Assembly: GCA_035544615.1 (NCBI GenBank)
Contig: DATKEA010000017.1
Coordinates: 1,949-65,948, forward strand
Source of the DNA: Acidimicrobiia bacterium
GTDB taxonomy: Bacteria; Actinomycetota; Acidimicrobiia; Spongiisociales; ZC4RG35
DNA length: 64,000 bases
Direction of reading: 5' to 3'
The translations under genes were made by a program, and so were the position numbers. The notes below the pieces were generated by a model. That model was given only the letters and a program-made list of their open reading frames with translations, was not told the origin of the DNA and did no database searches. This document shows positions 33,055-42,078 of this stretch, one piece after another (within the stretch, counting starts at the first letter, position 1; the number at the start of each line of letters is the position of its first letter).

Positions 33055-34137
33055 TCAGGGCAGGGCAGAGGCCTCGCGTAATGGGCGCAGCGCTCCCAGT
33101 GACTCGGCGACCACCACCAGGTCGTCGTCGAGTGAAAGGGTGAAGTCGAAACCCGGATTGGTGTGGGTAATACCTTGGCGGGTGATCGCCAGGAGGGTGG
33201 CCTGATGGTCACGACGGAGCTTGGCAGCGAGCTCATCGATGGTCAGCCCCACACAGTCGTCGGGCAGGATCACTCGATACAGCTCCGAGCCTTCGCCTCC
33301 GGAGACAATGTCGGACACCAGTGAGGACAGCCCCGGATACATGGCGGTTCGGGCGAGCAGATGGGCAGCCAGCTTGGAGGTGACCATGACCTCGTCGACG
33401 TTTGCCCTCCTGAAGTGAGCCACATGGTCGGGATTGTTGACCTCGACAACGGTGCGCACTTGGGGCGCCAGGGACTCGATGGCGAGGACAGTGAGAATCG
33501 ACGACATGTCGGCCTCATTCGAGCCGTCTCGAGGGACGATGATCGCCGAGACGGCGTTCTCGATCCCGGCCCGTTTCAGATCGCTTTCGGTGGTGGTGTC
33601 CCCGCGGACGAAGTAGGCGACATCGTCGGTCGGATTCCTCTCGCTGTCATGCAACAGGACGATTTTGGTTCCGTACTCGTCTTTGGCCAGCTCGCCGATC
33701 AGATCCCTTGCCGTCGAGTTCCACCCACAGACCACGATGTGGTCGCGATAGGCAGCTGCTCCCATCCCTTGTCCCTCCTTCAACAGAAAGTCGATCACGA
33801 ACCCCACCAACGCTCCGGTGAGGGTGGCCACTATGGCCACTCCGAACAGACCGAGCATCCAGCCCACGATCCAGCCCACCGGCCCGGTCACGAACCCACC
33901 TTCCCCCAGACCGAGAACGGTCGCTCCCGCCCAGTAGAACGACTGGCCTAGCTGGCCCAGCGAGCGGTCTGTCTCGGCGAGCCAGATCACGACGGCGGCC
34001 GAGGCGAGGAACAGGACGAGACCGAGGATCAGCGAGGTGAAGAACCGCCGATCGATCTTGTCGCCCACCCTCTTCACATGCCAGCTGACCCGGCGCAGGA
34101 ACGGCGAGTCGAACAACGTGCGAAAGCGCAACAACAT
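33055..34137 (-). CDS. Two-TM cation channel with cytoplasmic RCK/TrkA domains (MthK-like) and a non-canonical pore filter
   Basis: TM1-pore helix-filter (FYWAGATVLGLGEGGF)-TM2, then a Rossmann-like RCK_N (IVVCGWNSTARDLIGEL) and RCK_C. Confidence 0.65.
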   Translation of the reverse strand: MLLRFRTLFDSPFLRRVSWHVKRVGDKIDRRFFTSLILGLVLFLASAAVVIWLAETDRSLGQLGQSFYWAGATVLGLGEGGFVTGPVGWIVGWMLGLFGVAIVATLTGALVGFVIDFLLKEGQGMGAAAYRDHIVVCGWNSTARDLIGELAKDEYGTKIVLLHDSERNPTDDVAYFVRGDTTTESDLKRAGIENAVSAIIVPRDGSNEADMSSILTVLAIESLAPQVRTVVEVNNPDHVAHFRRANVDEVMVTSKLAAHLLARTAMYPGLSSLVSDIVSGGEGSELYRVILPDDCVGLTIDELAAKLRRDHQATLLAITRQGITHTNPGFDFTLSLDDDLVVVAESLGALRPLREASALP

Positions 34138-34247
34138 CGGCAGCGAACATAGTCACCTGTGTCCCCGCGGGCCCCACGGCAGGCAACCCTTATTCGCCCC
34201 GATAGGAAGCCGGCAGCTCCTAACGTCCGGCAAACGCTGTTCCACTG

Positions 34248-35846
34248 ATGCTGATAGCCCGCGACCTCCAAATCGAAGTCGGTCACCGCACGCTGCTCGC
34301 GGGGGCCTCGTTCAGCGTGCAAGCAGGTGATCGGATCGGTCTCGTCGGGCGCAACGGGGCAGGCAAGACGACCCTGATGAAGACGTTGATCGGAACCCAG
34401 CTTCCGGCGGACGGCACCGTCCTGAGATCGGGCCGGATCGGGTACTTCTCTCAGGAAGCGGCCCTTCCCGACCTCGAGCATCCCGACGCCACGGCCCTCG
34501 AGCGGATCCTCATGGCCCGTGAGATCGGAGCCCTCCAGCGGCGGATCGAGGAGGCGCGTCGCCGATTGCACCACCTGACCGGCTCGGAGCGGGATCGCGG
34601 GATCGAGCGCTTCGGGCGTCTGCACGATGAATTCGAGGCCAAGGGTGGCTTCGTCGCCGAGGCTGAGGCGAAACGAATGGCCGCTGCCCTTGGAATCGGC
34701 AATGACGAGCTGTCTCAGTCGGTGCTGACGATGTCGGGTGGTCAGAGACGCCGGGTCGAGCTGGCCCGCATCCTCTTTGCCGAGACCGACATCATCCTTC
34801 TCGACGAGCCGACCAACCATCTCGATCTCGACGCCAAGAGCTGGCTGATGGAGTGGCTCATGTCGTACAAGGGAGGAATGCTGGTGGTGTCGCACGATCT
34901 GCCCCTTCTCGACGAGGCCATCACCTCGGTGCTTGCCTTGGAGCATGGGGAGCTCGAGGCCTACCGGGGCAACTACTCGCATTACCTGGTGGAGCGGGAA
35001 CGGCGGCGGAAGCAGAAGGAGCGCGAGCGCCGGCATCAGGACGAAGCCATCGCCCGGCTCGAGGAGAACATCAGGCGCTTCAAGGGAACCACCGAGAAGA
35101 TGGCCAAGGCGGCGAGATCATGGGAGACCCGTGTCGACCGGATGAAGAGAGACCTCGTCGAAGTGCAGAGAGGTGGGAAGAAGGTGCGGGTTGCGTTTCC
35201 CCAGCCGGAGAAGTCGGGCAGGGTGCCGCTCTCAGCGTTCGGCTTGGCCAAGTCCTATGGCGACAACCTCGTCTTCGTGGATGTCGAGTTTGCCGTGGAA
35301 CGCGAGGAGCGGATGCTGCTGATAGGGCTCAACGGTGCCGGCAAGACCACCTTGCTCCGGATCCTGGCCGGCGTCGAATCAGCGGATCTCGGTGAGGTGT
35401 CGTTGGGGCACAAAGCGAGCGTCGGTTACTACGCCCAGGAGCACGAGCAGATTCGGGACGGGGTTTCGGTTCTCGACCACATGCCCACGGGAAGCGGGCT
35501 CACCGACCAGGCCCTGAGGTCGCTACTCGGGCATTTCCTGCTGGGCGACAAGATCGATCAGGATGCCTCGACCCTTTCCGGTGGCGAGAAGACCAAGCTG
35601 GCCTTGGCCATGCTGGTGGCGTCGAGGCCCAACGTCCTCCTCCTCGACGAACCGACAAACAACCTCGACCCTCAGGCGAAGGAGGCGCTGCTCGATGCTC
35701 TCACCATTTACGAGGGGACGGTGGTGCTGGTGAGTCATGACACTGACTTCGTCGCGCAACTCATGCCCGACCGTGCGGTGTTGATGCCTGAAGGCGAAAT
35801 GAGATTCTTCGACGAGAACCTGCTCGACCTGGTTGCCCTCGCCTGA
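34248..35846 (+). CDS. ABC-F family ATPase (two tandem ABC domains, no TMD; EttA/Uup-like)
   Basis: Two Walker A motifs (GRNGAGKTT; GLNGAGKTT), two LSGG signatures and an inter-domain charged linker. Confidence 0.85.
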   Translation: MLIARDLQIEVGHRTLLAGASFSVQAGDRIGLVGRNGAGKTTLMKTLIGTQLPADGTVLRSGRIGYFSQEAALPDLEHPDATALERILMAREIGALQRRIEEARRRLHHLTGSERDRGIERFGRLHDEFEAKGGFVAEAEAKRMAAALGIGNDELSQSVLTMSGGQRRRVELARILFAETDIILLDEPTNHLDLDAKSWLMEWLMSYKGGMLVVSHDLPLLDEAITSVLALEHGELEAYRGNYSHYLVERERRRKQKERERRHQDEAIARLEENIRRFKGTTEKMAKAARSWETRVDRMKRDLVEVQRGGKKVRVAFPQPEKSGRVPLSAFGLAKSYGDNLVFVDVEFAVEREERMLLIGLNGAGKTTLLRILAGVESADLGEVSLGHKASVGYYAQEHEQIRDGVSVLDHMPTGSGLTDQALRSLLGHFLLGDKIDQDASTLSGGEKTKLALAMLVASRPNVLLLDEPTNNLDPQAKEALLDALTIYEGTVVLVSHDTDFVAQLMPDRAVLMPEGEMRFFDENLLDLVALA

Positions 35847-35923
35847 AGCACCGACCGGAACTACCTAAGCGGAGAGCTGGTCGGTTGGTTGCAAGGCTGA
35901 GCACTCACCGCAGGTGCGACCTA

Positions 35924-35958
35924 GAGGGGAGGGCCTCGCGGAAAGAGGCTCTCCCCTC
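35924..35958 (+). terminator. GC-rich hairpin (14 bp stem with 1 mismatch, 7 nt loop) 78 nt after the ABC-F stop; candidate terminator without a U-tract
   Basis: gaggggagggcctc-gcggaaa-gaggctctcccctc, read directly. Confidence 0.25.
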
Positions 35959-36173
35959 GGGTGATCGGTTACATCTGCACACGTCGACGCTGGTCGGACG
36001 GGGATTGCTGTCAGGATCTCTCTATGCAAGCCAAGCCAAGATGCCAAAGATCGAGCCCCCAAACGGCAATCCCCGTCGCGCTCTCTCCCAGCCCCGCCCA
36101 CACTCTCGCCCGCCCGGGCGATACCTCCATGACCATTGTCAGATTCATCCCATGTGTCTAGTCCCTAGTCTAC

Positions 36174-36187
36174 CCAACGAACGTTTG
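36174..36187. promoter_or_regulatory. Candidate PaaR operator CCAACGAACGTTTG, 21 bp upstream of paaA
   Basis: The near-palindrome AACGAACGTTTG matches the CNAACGNNCGTTNG PaaR-box pattern recalled from Thermus PaaR work. A TetR gene closes the paa cluster. Confidence 0.4.
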
Positions 36188-36207
36188 TTTGTGGTAGACT
36201 GCCTGGC

Positions 36208-37152
36208 ATGACCCCCGAGGAACATTTCGAAGCCATCGTCGCCGCCGAGGACAAGATCGAGCCGACCGACTGGATGCCGGAGGCCTACCGCAGCACTTTG
36301 ATCCGCCAGATTGCGCAGCATGCGCATTCCGAGGTGATCGGGATGCAGCCCGAGCGCAACTGGATCAGCCGGGCCCCGACCCTCCATCGCAAGGCGATCC
36401 TCATGGCCAAGGTCCAGGACGAGGCCGGCCACGGTCTCTATCTCTACTCCGCGGCCGAGACTCTCGGGGTTAGACGCGACGAGTTGCAGGACCTGCTCCA
36501 TCAGGGCAAGCACAAGTATTCTTCGATCTTCAATTACCCGACTTTGAGCTGGGCAGACATCGGCGCCATCGGCTGGCTGGTCGATGGGGCGGCGATCACC
36601 AATCAAGTGATGCTCACCCGCTGCTCGTATGGGCCCTACGCCCGGGGCATGGTGAGAATCTGCAAGGAGGAGTCATTCCACCAGCGTCAGGGATACGAGA
36701 TACTGATTCGCCTTTGCCAGGGCTCTCCTGAACAGACGGCAATGGCCCAGGACGCCCTCGATCGCTGGTGGTGGCCATCACTGATGATGTTCGGGCCTCA
36801 TGACACCGACTCCACTCACACCGAGCAGTCGATGCAATGGAAGATCAAACGGGTTTCCAATGACGAGTTGCGTCAGCAATTCGTCGACATGACGGTTCCC
36901 CAAGCCGACTACCTCGGGTTGACCATGCCCGATCCGGCCCTGAAGTGGAATGAGGAACGCGGGCATTACGACTTCGGGGAGATCGATTGGGACGAGTTCT
37001 GGACTGTGGTCAAAGGGAACGGCCCCATGAATCGGGATCGGATCGAGCACAAAGTGAGGGCTTGGGACGACGGCGCTTGGGTGAGAGAGGCCGCGGCCGC
37101 CCACGCCGCCAAGAGGTCGGCGGCGGTCGCAAGTCTCACCGGTGCGGCCTGA
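36208..37152 (+). CDS. paaA: 1,2-phenylacetyl-CoA epoxidase subunit A
   Basis: Diiron ferritin-like fold with E..H ligands (HSEVIG..., EESFHQRQ). Confidence 0.9.
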   Translation: MTPEEHFEAIVAAEDKIEPTDWMPEAYRSTLIRQIAQHAHSEVIGMQPERNWISRAPTLHRKAILMAKVQDEAGHGLYLYSAAETLGVRRDELQDLLHQGKHKYSSIFNYPTLSWADIGAIGWLVDGAAITNQVMLTRCSYGPYARGMVRICKEESFHQRQGYEILIRLCQGSPEQTAMAQDALDRWWWPSLMMFGPHDTDSTHTEQSMQWKIKRVSNDELRQQFVDMTVPQADYLGLTMPDPALKWNEERGHYDFGEIDWDEFWTVVKGNGPMNRDRIEHKVRAWDDGAWVREAAAAHAAKRSAAVASLTGAA

Positions 37153-37164
37153 GGGAGAGGGAAG

Positions 37165-37509
37165 ATGACCTACGACGTCCCCCTCCTCCCCGGCGAGCGC
37201 CCTGATATCGAGGAGACCACCGCTACCACCGGCGAGGGGTGGCCGCTGTGGGAGGTCTTCGTCAGGGCGCGAAGGGGCATCTCACATGTGCACATCGGAA
37301 GTCTGCATGCCCCGGATCCGGAGTCGGCGCTCCAGAACGCGCGCGATGTCTACACCCGGCGCGGCGAAGGAGTCAGCCTGTGGGTGGTGCCGAGCTCGGA
37401 GATCCACGCATTCGAGCCCGAGGATCTCGTCGATTACGTAGAGGCGAACGAGAAGGTCTACCGCCACGCCACCACCTATGACATCCCGGACGAAGTGGGT
37501 CACATGTGA
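37165..37509 (+). CDS. paaB: 1,2-phenylacetyl-CoA epoxidase subunit B
   Basis: 114 aa PaaB; WPLWEVF is typical. Confidence 0.9.
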   Translation: MTYDVPLLPGERPDIEETTATTGEGWPLWEVFVRARRGISHVHIGSLHAPDPESALQNARDVYTRRGEGVSLWVVPSSEIHAFEPEDLVDYVEANEKVYRHATTYDIPDEVGHM

Positions 37510-38261
37510 TCGAGCCGAACCCGCCTTCGCTGCCGCCAATTGTCCCATCAGCCAACGGTGACCGGCTCGACTTCCTGCTCGCCTGTGCCGACGACAACCT
37601 GGTCCTGGCCCAGCGTCTTGGCGAGTGGATCTCCAACGCGCCGGAGCTGGAAGAGGACATCGCGCTGGGCAACATCGCACTCGACCATCTAGGTGTGGCC
37701 CGGGCCCTCTACACGCACGCTGGTGAAGTCGAGAGTCTGGGGCGGACAGAAGACGATCTGGCGATGAGACGCTCCGAGCGTGACTTCATGAACGCATTGC
37801 TGGTGGAGCAACCCAATGGTGACTTCGCCCACACCATGGTGCGATCGCTCTTCTTCGACGCCTACCAGGTCGAGCTGTGGTCCGATTTCTCCGACTCCGA
37901 TGACGCCACATTGGCCGGAATCGCGGCGCGGGCGCTCAAGGAGGCCCGCTATCACCTCCGGCACTCCTCGGCCTGGGTGATTCGACTCGGGGACGGGACC
38001 GAAGAATCACATCCACGGGCTCAGGACGCGGTGGATGCCTTGTGGCGATTCACCGCCGAGCTCTTCGAGGGCGGCGCCGACGGCTATCGAGACCGGTGGC
38101 AGAAGACGATCGAAGGGGTGTTGGACGAGGCTCGCCTCACGATTCCGGAAGACCCCTATCAACGAAGTGGCGGCCGGAGGGGATTCCACTCGGAGCATCT
38201 GGGTCATCTGCTTGCCGAGATGCAATGGATGCAACGCAGTTACCCGGGGCTGAAGTGGTGA
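37506..38261 (+). CDS. paaC: 1,2-phenylacetyl-CoA epoxidase subunit C
   Basis: PaaA paralogue lacking a full set of metal ligands, in the conserved position. Confidence 0.85.
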   Translation: MIEPNPPSLPPIVPSANGDRLDFLLACADDNLVLAQRLGEWISNAPELEEDIALGNIALDHLGVARALYTHAGEVESLGRTEDDLAMRRSERDFMNALLVEQPNGDFAHTMVRSLFFDAYQVELWSDFSDSDDATLAGIAARALKEARYHLRHSSAWVIRLGDGTEESHPRAQDAVDALWRFTAELFEGGADGYRDRWQKTIEGVLDEARLTIPEDPYQRSGGRRGFHSEHLGHLLAEMQWMQRSYPGLKW

Positions 38262-38725
38262 CCACAACAGCCGAGACCGACCTGAATCGCGCTCGCGACA
38301 TCGCATCCACCGTGGTCGATCCCGAGATCCCGGTGCTGAGTGTCGCCGACCTGGGCATCCTTCGTGACGTCGAGGTGACGGACGGCCGGGTGACGGTGAC
38401 CATCACGCCCACCTACTCGGGCTGTCCCGCAATGCGCCAGATCGAGGATGACCTCAGGACCGCCCTGGGCGACGCCGGGTTCGCCGATGTTGAGGTCCGG
38501 ATGGTCCATAGCCCGGCGTGGAGCAGCGAATGGATCACCTCGGAGGGTCGTCGCCGGCTGGCCTCGTTTGGCATCGCCCCGCCAGGCCCGGTGGGCGAGC
38601 TCCTGTGCCCGCGGTGCGCGTCCGGCTCCCCGCGGATGGTGGCCAGGTTCGGGTCGACGGCATGCAAGGCGCTGATGGTCTGCACCGCGTGTGGTGAGCC
38701 GTTCGACTTCTTCAAGGAGTTCTGA
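38255..38725 (+). CDS. paaD: 1,2-phenylacetyl-CoA epoxidase subunit D (SufT/DUF59-like)
   Basis: The DUF59 region (VVDPEIPVLSVADLGIL) plus the C-terminal Cys cluster (CPRC...CTAC). GTG start overlaps the paaC stop. Confidence 0.8.
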   Translation: MVTTTAETDLNRARDIASTVVDPEIPVLSVADLGILRDVEVTDGRVTVTITPTYSGCPAMRQIEDDLRTALGDAGFADVEVRMVHSPAWSSEWITSEGRRRLASFGIAPPGPVGELLCPRCASGSPRMVARFGSTACKALMVCTACGEPFDFFKEF

Positions 38726-39793
38726 GTGAGCCTCGACTTCCATCCGTTGCTTGTCGTCGAGGTCTCGCCCCTTACCGACGACGCCGTCGCCGTCACCTTC
38801 GATGTTCCTCCCGAGCTGGCGGAGGCGTTTCGCTACCTGCCGGGCCAACACATGACGTTGCGCGCCCTCATCGACGGAAGGGACGTCCGACGGTCCTACT
38901 CGATCTGCTCCAACGCCAACGAAGGCAAGCTACGGGTCGGGATCAAACGGCTCCCAGGCGGAGCCTTCAGCACATATGCAACGAGTGTGCTCGCGGCGGG
39001 TGATGTCGTCGACGCGATGCCTCCTGTTGGTGAGTTCAGCATCGTTCCCGACCCGACGACTGCCCGGCACCGGGTGGCGATCGCGGCCGGTTCGGGCATC
39101 ACTCCCGTCCTCTCGCTCATCTCGACCACACTCGAGAGTGAGCTCCGATCATCGTGGACACTCCTCTTCGGTAATCGCACGGCCAATACCGTGATGTTCC
39201 TCGAGGAGTTGGAAGGGTTGAAGGACCGCTTTCCGGACCGCTTCCAGATGTTTCACCTGCTCAGTCGTGAGGGGGCAGACCTGCCCCTGCTCGCCGGCCG
39301 GATCGACGACGAGAAGCTCCGGGCGGTGCATGGTCTTCTCGCGGGCCGAGCGGTGGATGGCTGGTACCTGTGCGGCCCCTACGAAATGGTGATGACCGCC
39401 CGGGAGACACTGTCGTCGTTGGGGGTCGAGCCTGACCTGATTCACGACGAGTTGTTCTTCGCCGGTCCCATAGATCCCTCATCGCTGCCTCCGGAGCCGT
39501 CACCCGGCGAGGGCTCGGTCGAGCTGAGGGTGATCCTCGACGGGAGAGCAGTCGAAACCCGGATGACCGCTGACACCTCGATCCTCGACGCCGCCCTCCG
39601 GGTCCGCTCCGAATTGCCGTTTTCGTGCAAAGGCGGGATGTGTGCCTCGTGCAAGGGTCGGATAGAGGAGGGTGTGGTTCGGATGGACAAGAATTACGCC
39701 CTCATCGACTCGGAGGTGGATGCTGGCTACGTGCTCACCTGTCAGTCACATCCGGTCTCGGATCGGGTCGTCGTCCGCTACGACCACCGCTGA
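38726..39793 (+). CDS. paaE: 1,2-phenylacetyl-CoA epoxidase reductase subunit E (FNR-like plus plant-type 2Fe-2S ferredoxin)
   Basis: RxYS FAD-binding motif (RRSYSICS), an NAD-binding GSGITP motif and the C-terminal C-x4-C-x2-C...C ferredoxin. Confidence 0.85.
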   Translation: MSLDFHPLLVVEVSPLTDDAVAVTFDVPPELAEAFRYLPGQHMTLRALIDGRDVRRSYSICSNANEGKLRVGIKRLPGGAFSTYATSVLAAGDVVDAMPPVGEFSIVPDPTTARHRVAIAAGSGITPVLSLISTTLESELRSSWTLLFGNRTANTVMFLEELEGLKDRFPDRFQMFHLLSREGADLPLLAGRIDDEKLRAVHGLLAGRAVDGWYLCGPYEMVMTARETLSSLGVEPDLIHDELFFAGPIDPSSLPPEPSPGEGSVELRVILDGRAVETRMTADTSILDAALRVRSELPFSCKGGMCASCKGRIEEGVVRMDKNYALIDSEVDAGYVLTCQSHPVSDRVVVRYDHR

Positions 39794-40368
39794 TGGTCGC
39801 CACCCGCAACACACGGGCCGACGTCGTCGCCGCGGCCGGCCGTTTGTTCGCCGACAAGGGCTACCACGGCACCTCGATGCGCGATTTGGGAAAGGAGTTG
39901 GGTCTTCTCGGCTCATCGCTCTACGCCCACATCGAATCGAAGCAGGACCTCCTGGTCGCCGTAGTGGAAGAAGGGGCCCGTCTCTTCCAGGAGTCGGCAC
40001 AGACCGCGCTGGCGGTGGAGGGGTCGGCCGATGACCGGTTGCACGCGCTGATAGCCGGGCACATCGATGTCGTTCTCGACAACCACGACGTCGTGGGGAC
40101 CTTCCTCAACGAGGCGCGCGTGCTCGACGATGCCCACCGAGCGCGGGTGATCGCAGCCAGGGACGCATACGAGAGTGCGTTTCGATCGGTCATCGCCGAT
40201 GGGATCAGCGATGGGTCGTACCGGTCCGATGTCGACCCCAAGCTGGCCTCGATCTTCATCCTCTCGATTCTCAACGCGGTGCAGCGGTGGTATCGGGTTG
40301 AGGGCGAGCTCGATCCGGGTCAGCTCGCCGATCGCATCGATCGGTTCGTCGCCGACTCCTTGCGCTGA
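39793..40368 (+). CDS. TetR-family transcriptional regulator (PaaR-like)
   Basis: N-terminal HTH (VVAAAGRLFADKGYHGTSMRDLGKELG). ATG overlaps the paaE stop (ATGA). Confidence 0.7.
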   Translation: MVATRNTRADVVAAAGRLFADKGYHGTSMRDLGKELGLLGSSLYAHIESKQDLLVAVVEEGARLFQESAQTALAVEGSADDRLHALIAGHIDVVLDNHDVVGTFLNEARVLDDAHRARVIAARDAYESAFRSVIADGISDGSYRSDVDPKLASIFILSILNAVQRWYRVEGELDPGQLADRIDRFVADSLR

Positions 40369-40391
40369 GCAGTCGACGCGGTGAGCGTCGG

Positions 40392-41078
40392 TTGGCCGGA
40401 CCCGAATTGTCGCTCAGGAACCACCGCCGACCGACCGACGTTGCAGGTGAGATGCTCTCGTCGCGTCAGGCTGCCGGGTCCTTGATTGTCGCCGTCCTCC
40501 TGTTCGCCGCCGTTCCTCTTCCCGGGTTGGCCGGAGAGGCGCAGGCGCGGGCGGCCGATCTCGACGGCGAAGGGCGTGACGATCTCCTCTACCCGGCCGG
40601 GTGCGAGTCGGGTGTCTGCTGGCATGGCCAGCTCTCGACCGGCAGCTCATTCTCCAACCCGATGAACCTCGGCATGGCACAACCCGAGGAGCTGGCGTCG
40701 AGCGAGTTATTCGACGGGGACGGTGACGGCGACGATGACCTCTTGACCGGGCGCGAGGCGGGGGGACGGGCTCACGATCTGGACGTCAGGCGGATGGGTC
40801 CTGACGGGCTCGGCGATGTTTCCACCCTGACTCAGTTTGGAGCACCTTTGACCGGAGTCACCCATCGCCGGCTCGGCCCGGGACGACCAGTCGAGGCCCT
40901 GGTGAGTCGAGCATGCGAGCCGGCTCCATGTGTCGACCACCTGTTGTCACTGTCGGGGCGCGTGCTGCCCCTCGATGAGTACACGAGGGCAGTCGTGCTC
41001 ACACCCGAAGAAGCATCGGGTTCTATCCCGGCTGAGCCGGGACCGGGGCTCAGCCTCCGTTGGATGAGGTCTCTTTGA
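40392..41078 (+). CDS. Secreted hypothetical protein with FG-GAP/VCBS-like Asp-rich repeats
   Basis: Signal-like segment from M at 40452, then DLDGEGRDDLLYP and FDGDGDGDDDLL calcium-binding-type repeats. Its 3' end overlaps korB. Confidence 0.3.
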   Translation: MAGPELSLRNHRRPTDVAGEMLSSRQAAGSLIVAVLLFAAVPLPGLAGEAQARAADLDGEGRDDLLYPAGCESGVCWHGQLSTGSSFSNPMNLGMAQPEELASSELFDGDGDGDDDLLTGREAGGRAHDLDVRRMGPDGLGDVSTLTQFGAPLTGVTHRRLGPGRPVEALVSRACEPAPCVDHLLSLSGRVLPLDEYTRAVVLTPEEASGSIPAEPGPGLSLRWMRSL

Positions 41079-42078
41079 CCGTCCAGGTGCCCTGACTGGT
41101 AATCAGGGTGGACAGGTCGCCGTCACCCAGCTTCTCCTTGGCCGCCTCGATCTGGGCGTTCATCTGCGACTCGTATGTCGGCCGATGGACGTTGCGGAAG
41201 ATGCCAAGTGGGGTTGGCCCATAGGGCCCGTGAGACAGCCTGCTCAACGCGAACGCGACCGCCGCGTCGGGTCGGGTCGGGTCATGGACCAGGATCGCTC
41301 CCGGATCGACCGACGACGAGTCCACGATCGTGGCCGAGCCGTCGCGAAGGACGATCGCCTTGGCTCCCTCGTCGAAGACGACCGGCTTTCCGATCTCGAG
41401 GTCGATCCGGTTGTGTACCCGCTCTTCCTTGCCGGTCAGCTGGATGAATGCCTTGTCGTTGAACACATTGCAGTTCTGATAGATCTCGATGAAAGCCGAG
41501 CCTTCGTGCTCGTACGCCGCCTTGAGCAGCTCCTGGGTGTGGCCCCGATCCATGTCCAGGGTCCGGGCCACGAAGGTGGCCTCGGCGCCGAGGGCCAATG
41601 AAACCGGGTTGAACGGGTAGTCGATCGACCCGTAGGGCGAGGACTTGGTGGTCTTGCCCGGCTCCGACGTGGGGGAGTACTGGCCCTTGGTCAGCCCGTA
41701 GATCTGATTGTTGAACAGCAGCACCTTGAGGTTCACATTGCGACGAAGGGCATGGATGAGATGGTTCCCGCCAATGGAGAGGGCATCTCCGTCGCCGGTG
41801 ATCACCCAGACCGAGAGCTCCGGCCTGGTGGCGGCGATCCCCGACGCGATGGCCGGGGCACGCCCGTGAATCGAGTGCATGCCGTAGGTGTTCATGTAAT
41901 AGGGGAACCTCGCGGCGCAACCGATGCCCGACACGAAGACGAATTCCTCTCTGGGCCGTCCGAGACCGGCCAGAAACTGTTGGACCGAGGCCAGGATGGT
42001 GTAGTCGCCGCATCCGGGGCACCAACGCACTTCCTGATCTGTCTGAAAGTCGGCTCGGGTATAGCTCGGGGCGGTCAC
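41050..42078 (-). CDS. korB: 2-oxoglutarate:ferredoxin oxidoreductase subunit beta
   Basis: TPP-binding GDG motif (ITGDGDALSIGGNH) and the N-terminal Cys pair (WCPGCGD). Confidence 0.9.
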   Translation of the reverse strand: MTAPSYTRADFQTDQEVRWCPGCGDYTILASVQQFLAGLGRPREEFVFVSGIGCAARFPYYMNTYGMHSIHGRAPAIASGIAATRPELSVWVITGDGDALSIGGNHLIHALRRNVNLKVLLFNNQIYGLTKGQYSPTSEPGKTTKSSPYGSIDYPFNPVSLALGAEATFVARTLDMDRGHTQELLKAAYEHEGSAFIEIYQNCNVFNDKAFIQLTGKEERVHNRIDLEIGKPVVFDEGAKAIVLRDGSATIVDSSSVDPGAILVHDPTRPDAAVAFALSRLSHGPYGPTPLGIFRNVHRPTYESQMNAQIEAAKEKLGDGDLSTLITSQGTWTVKETSSNGG

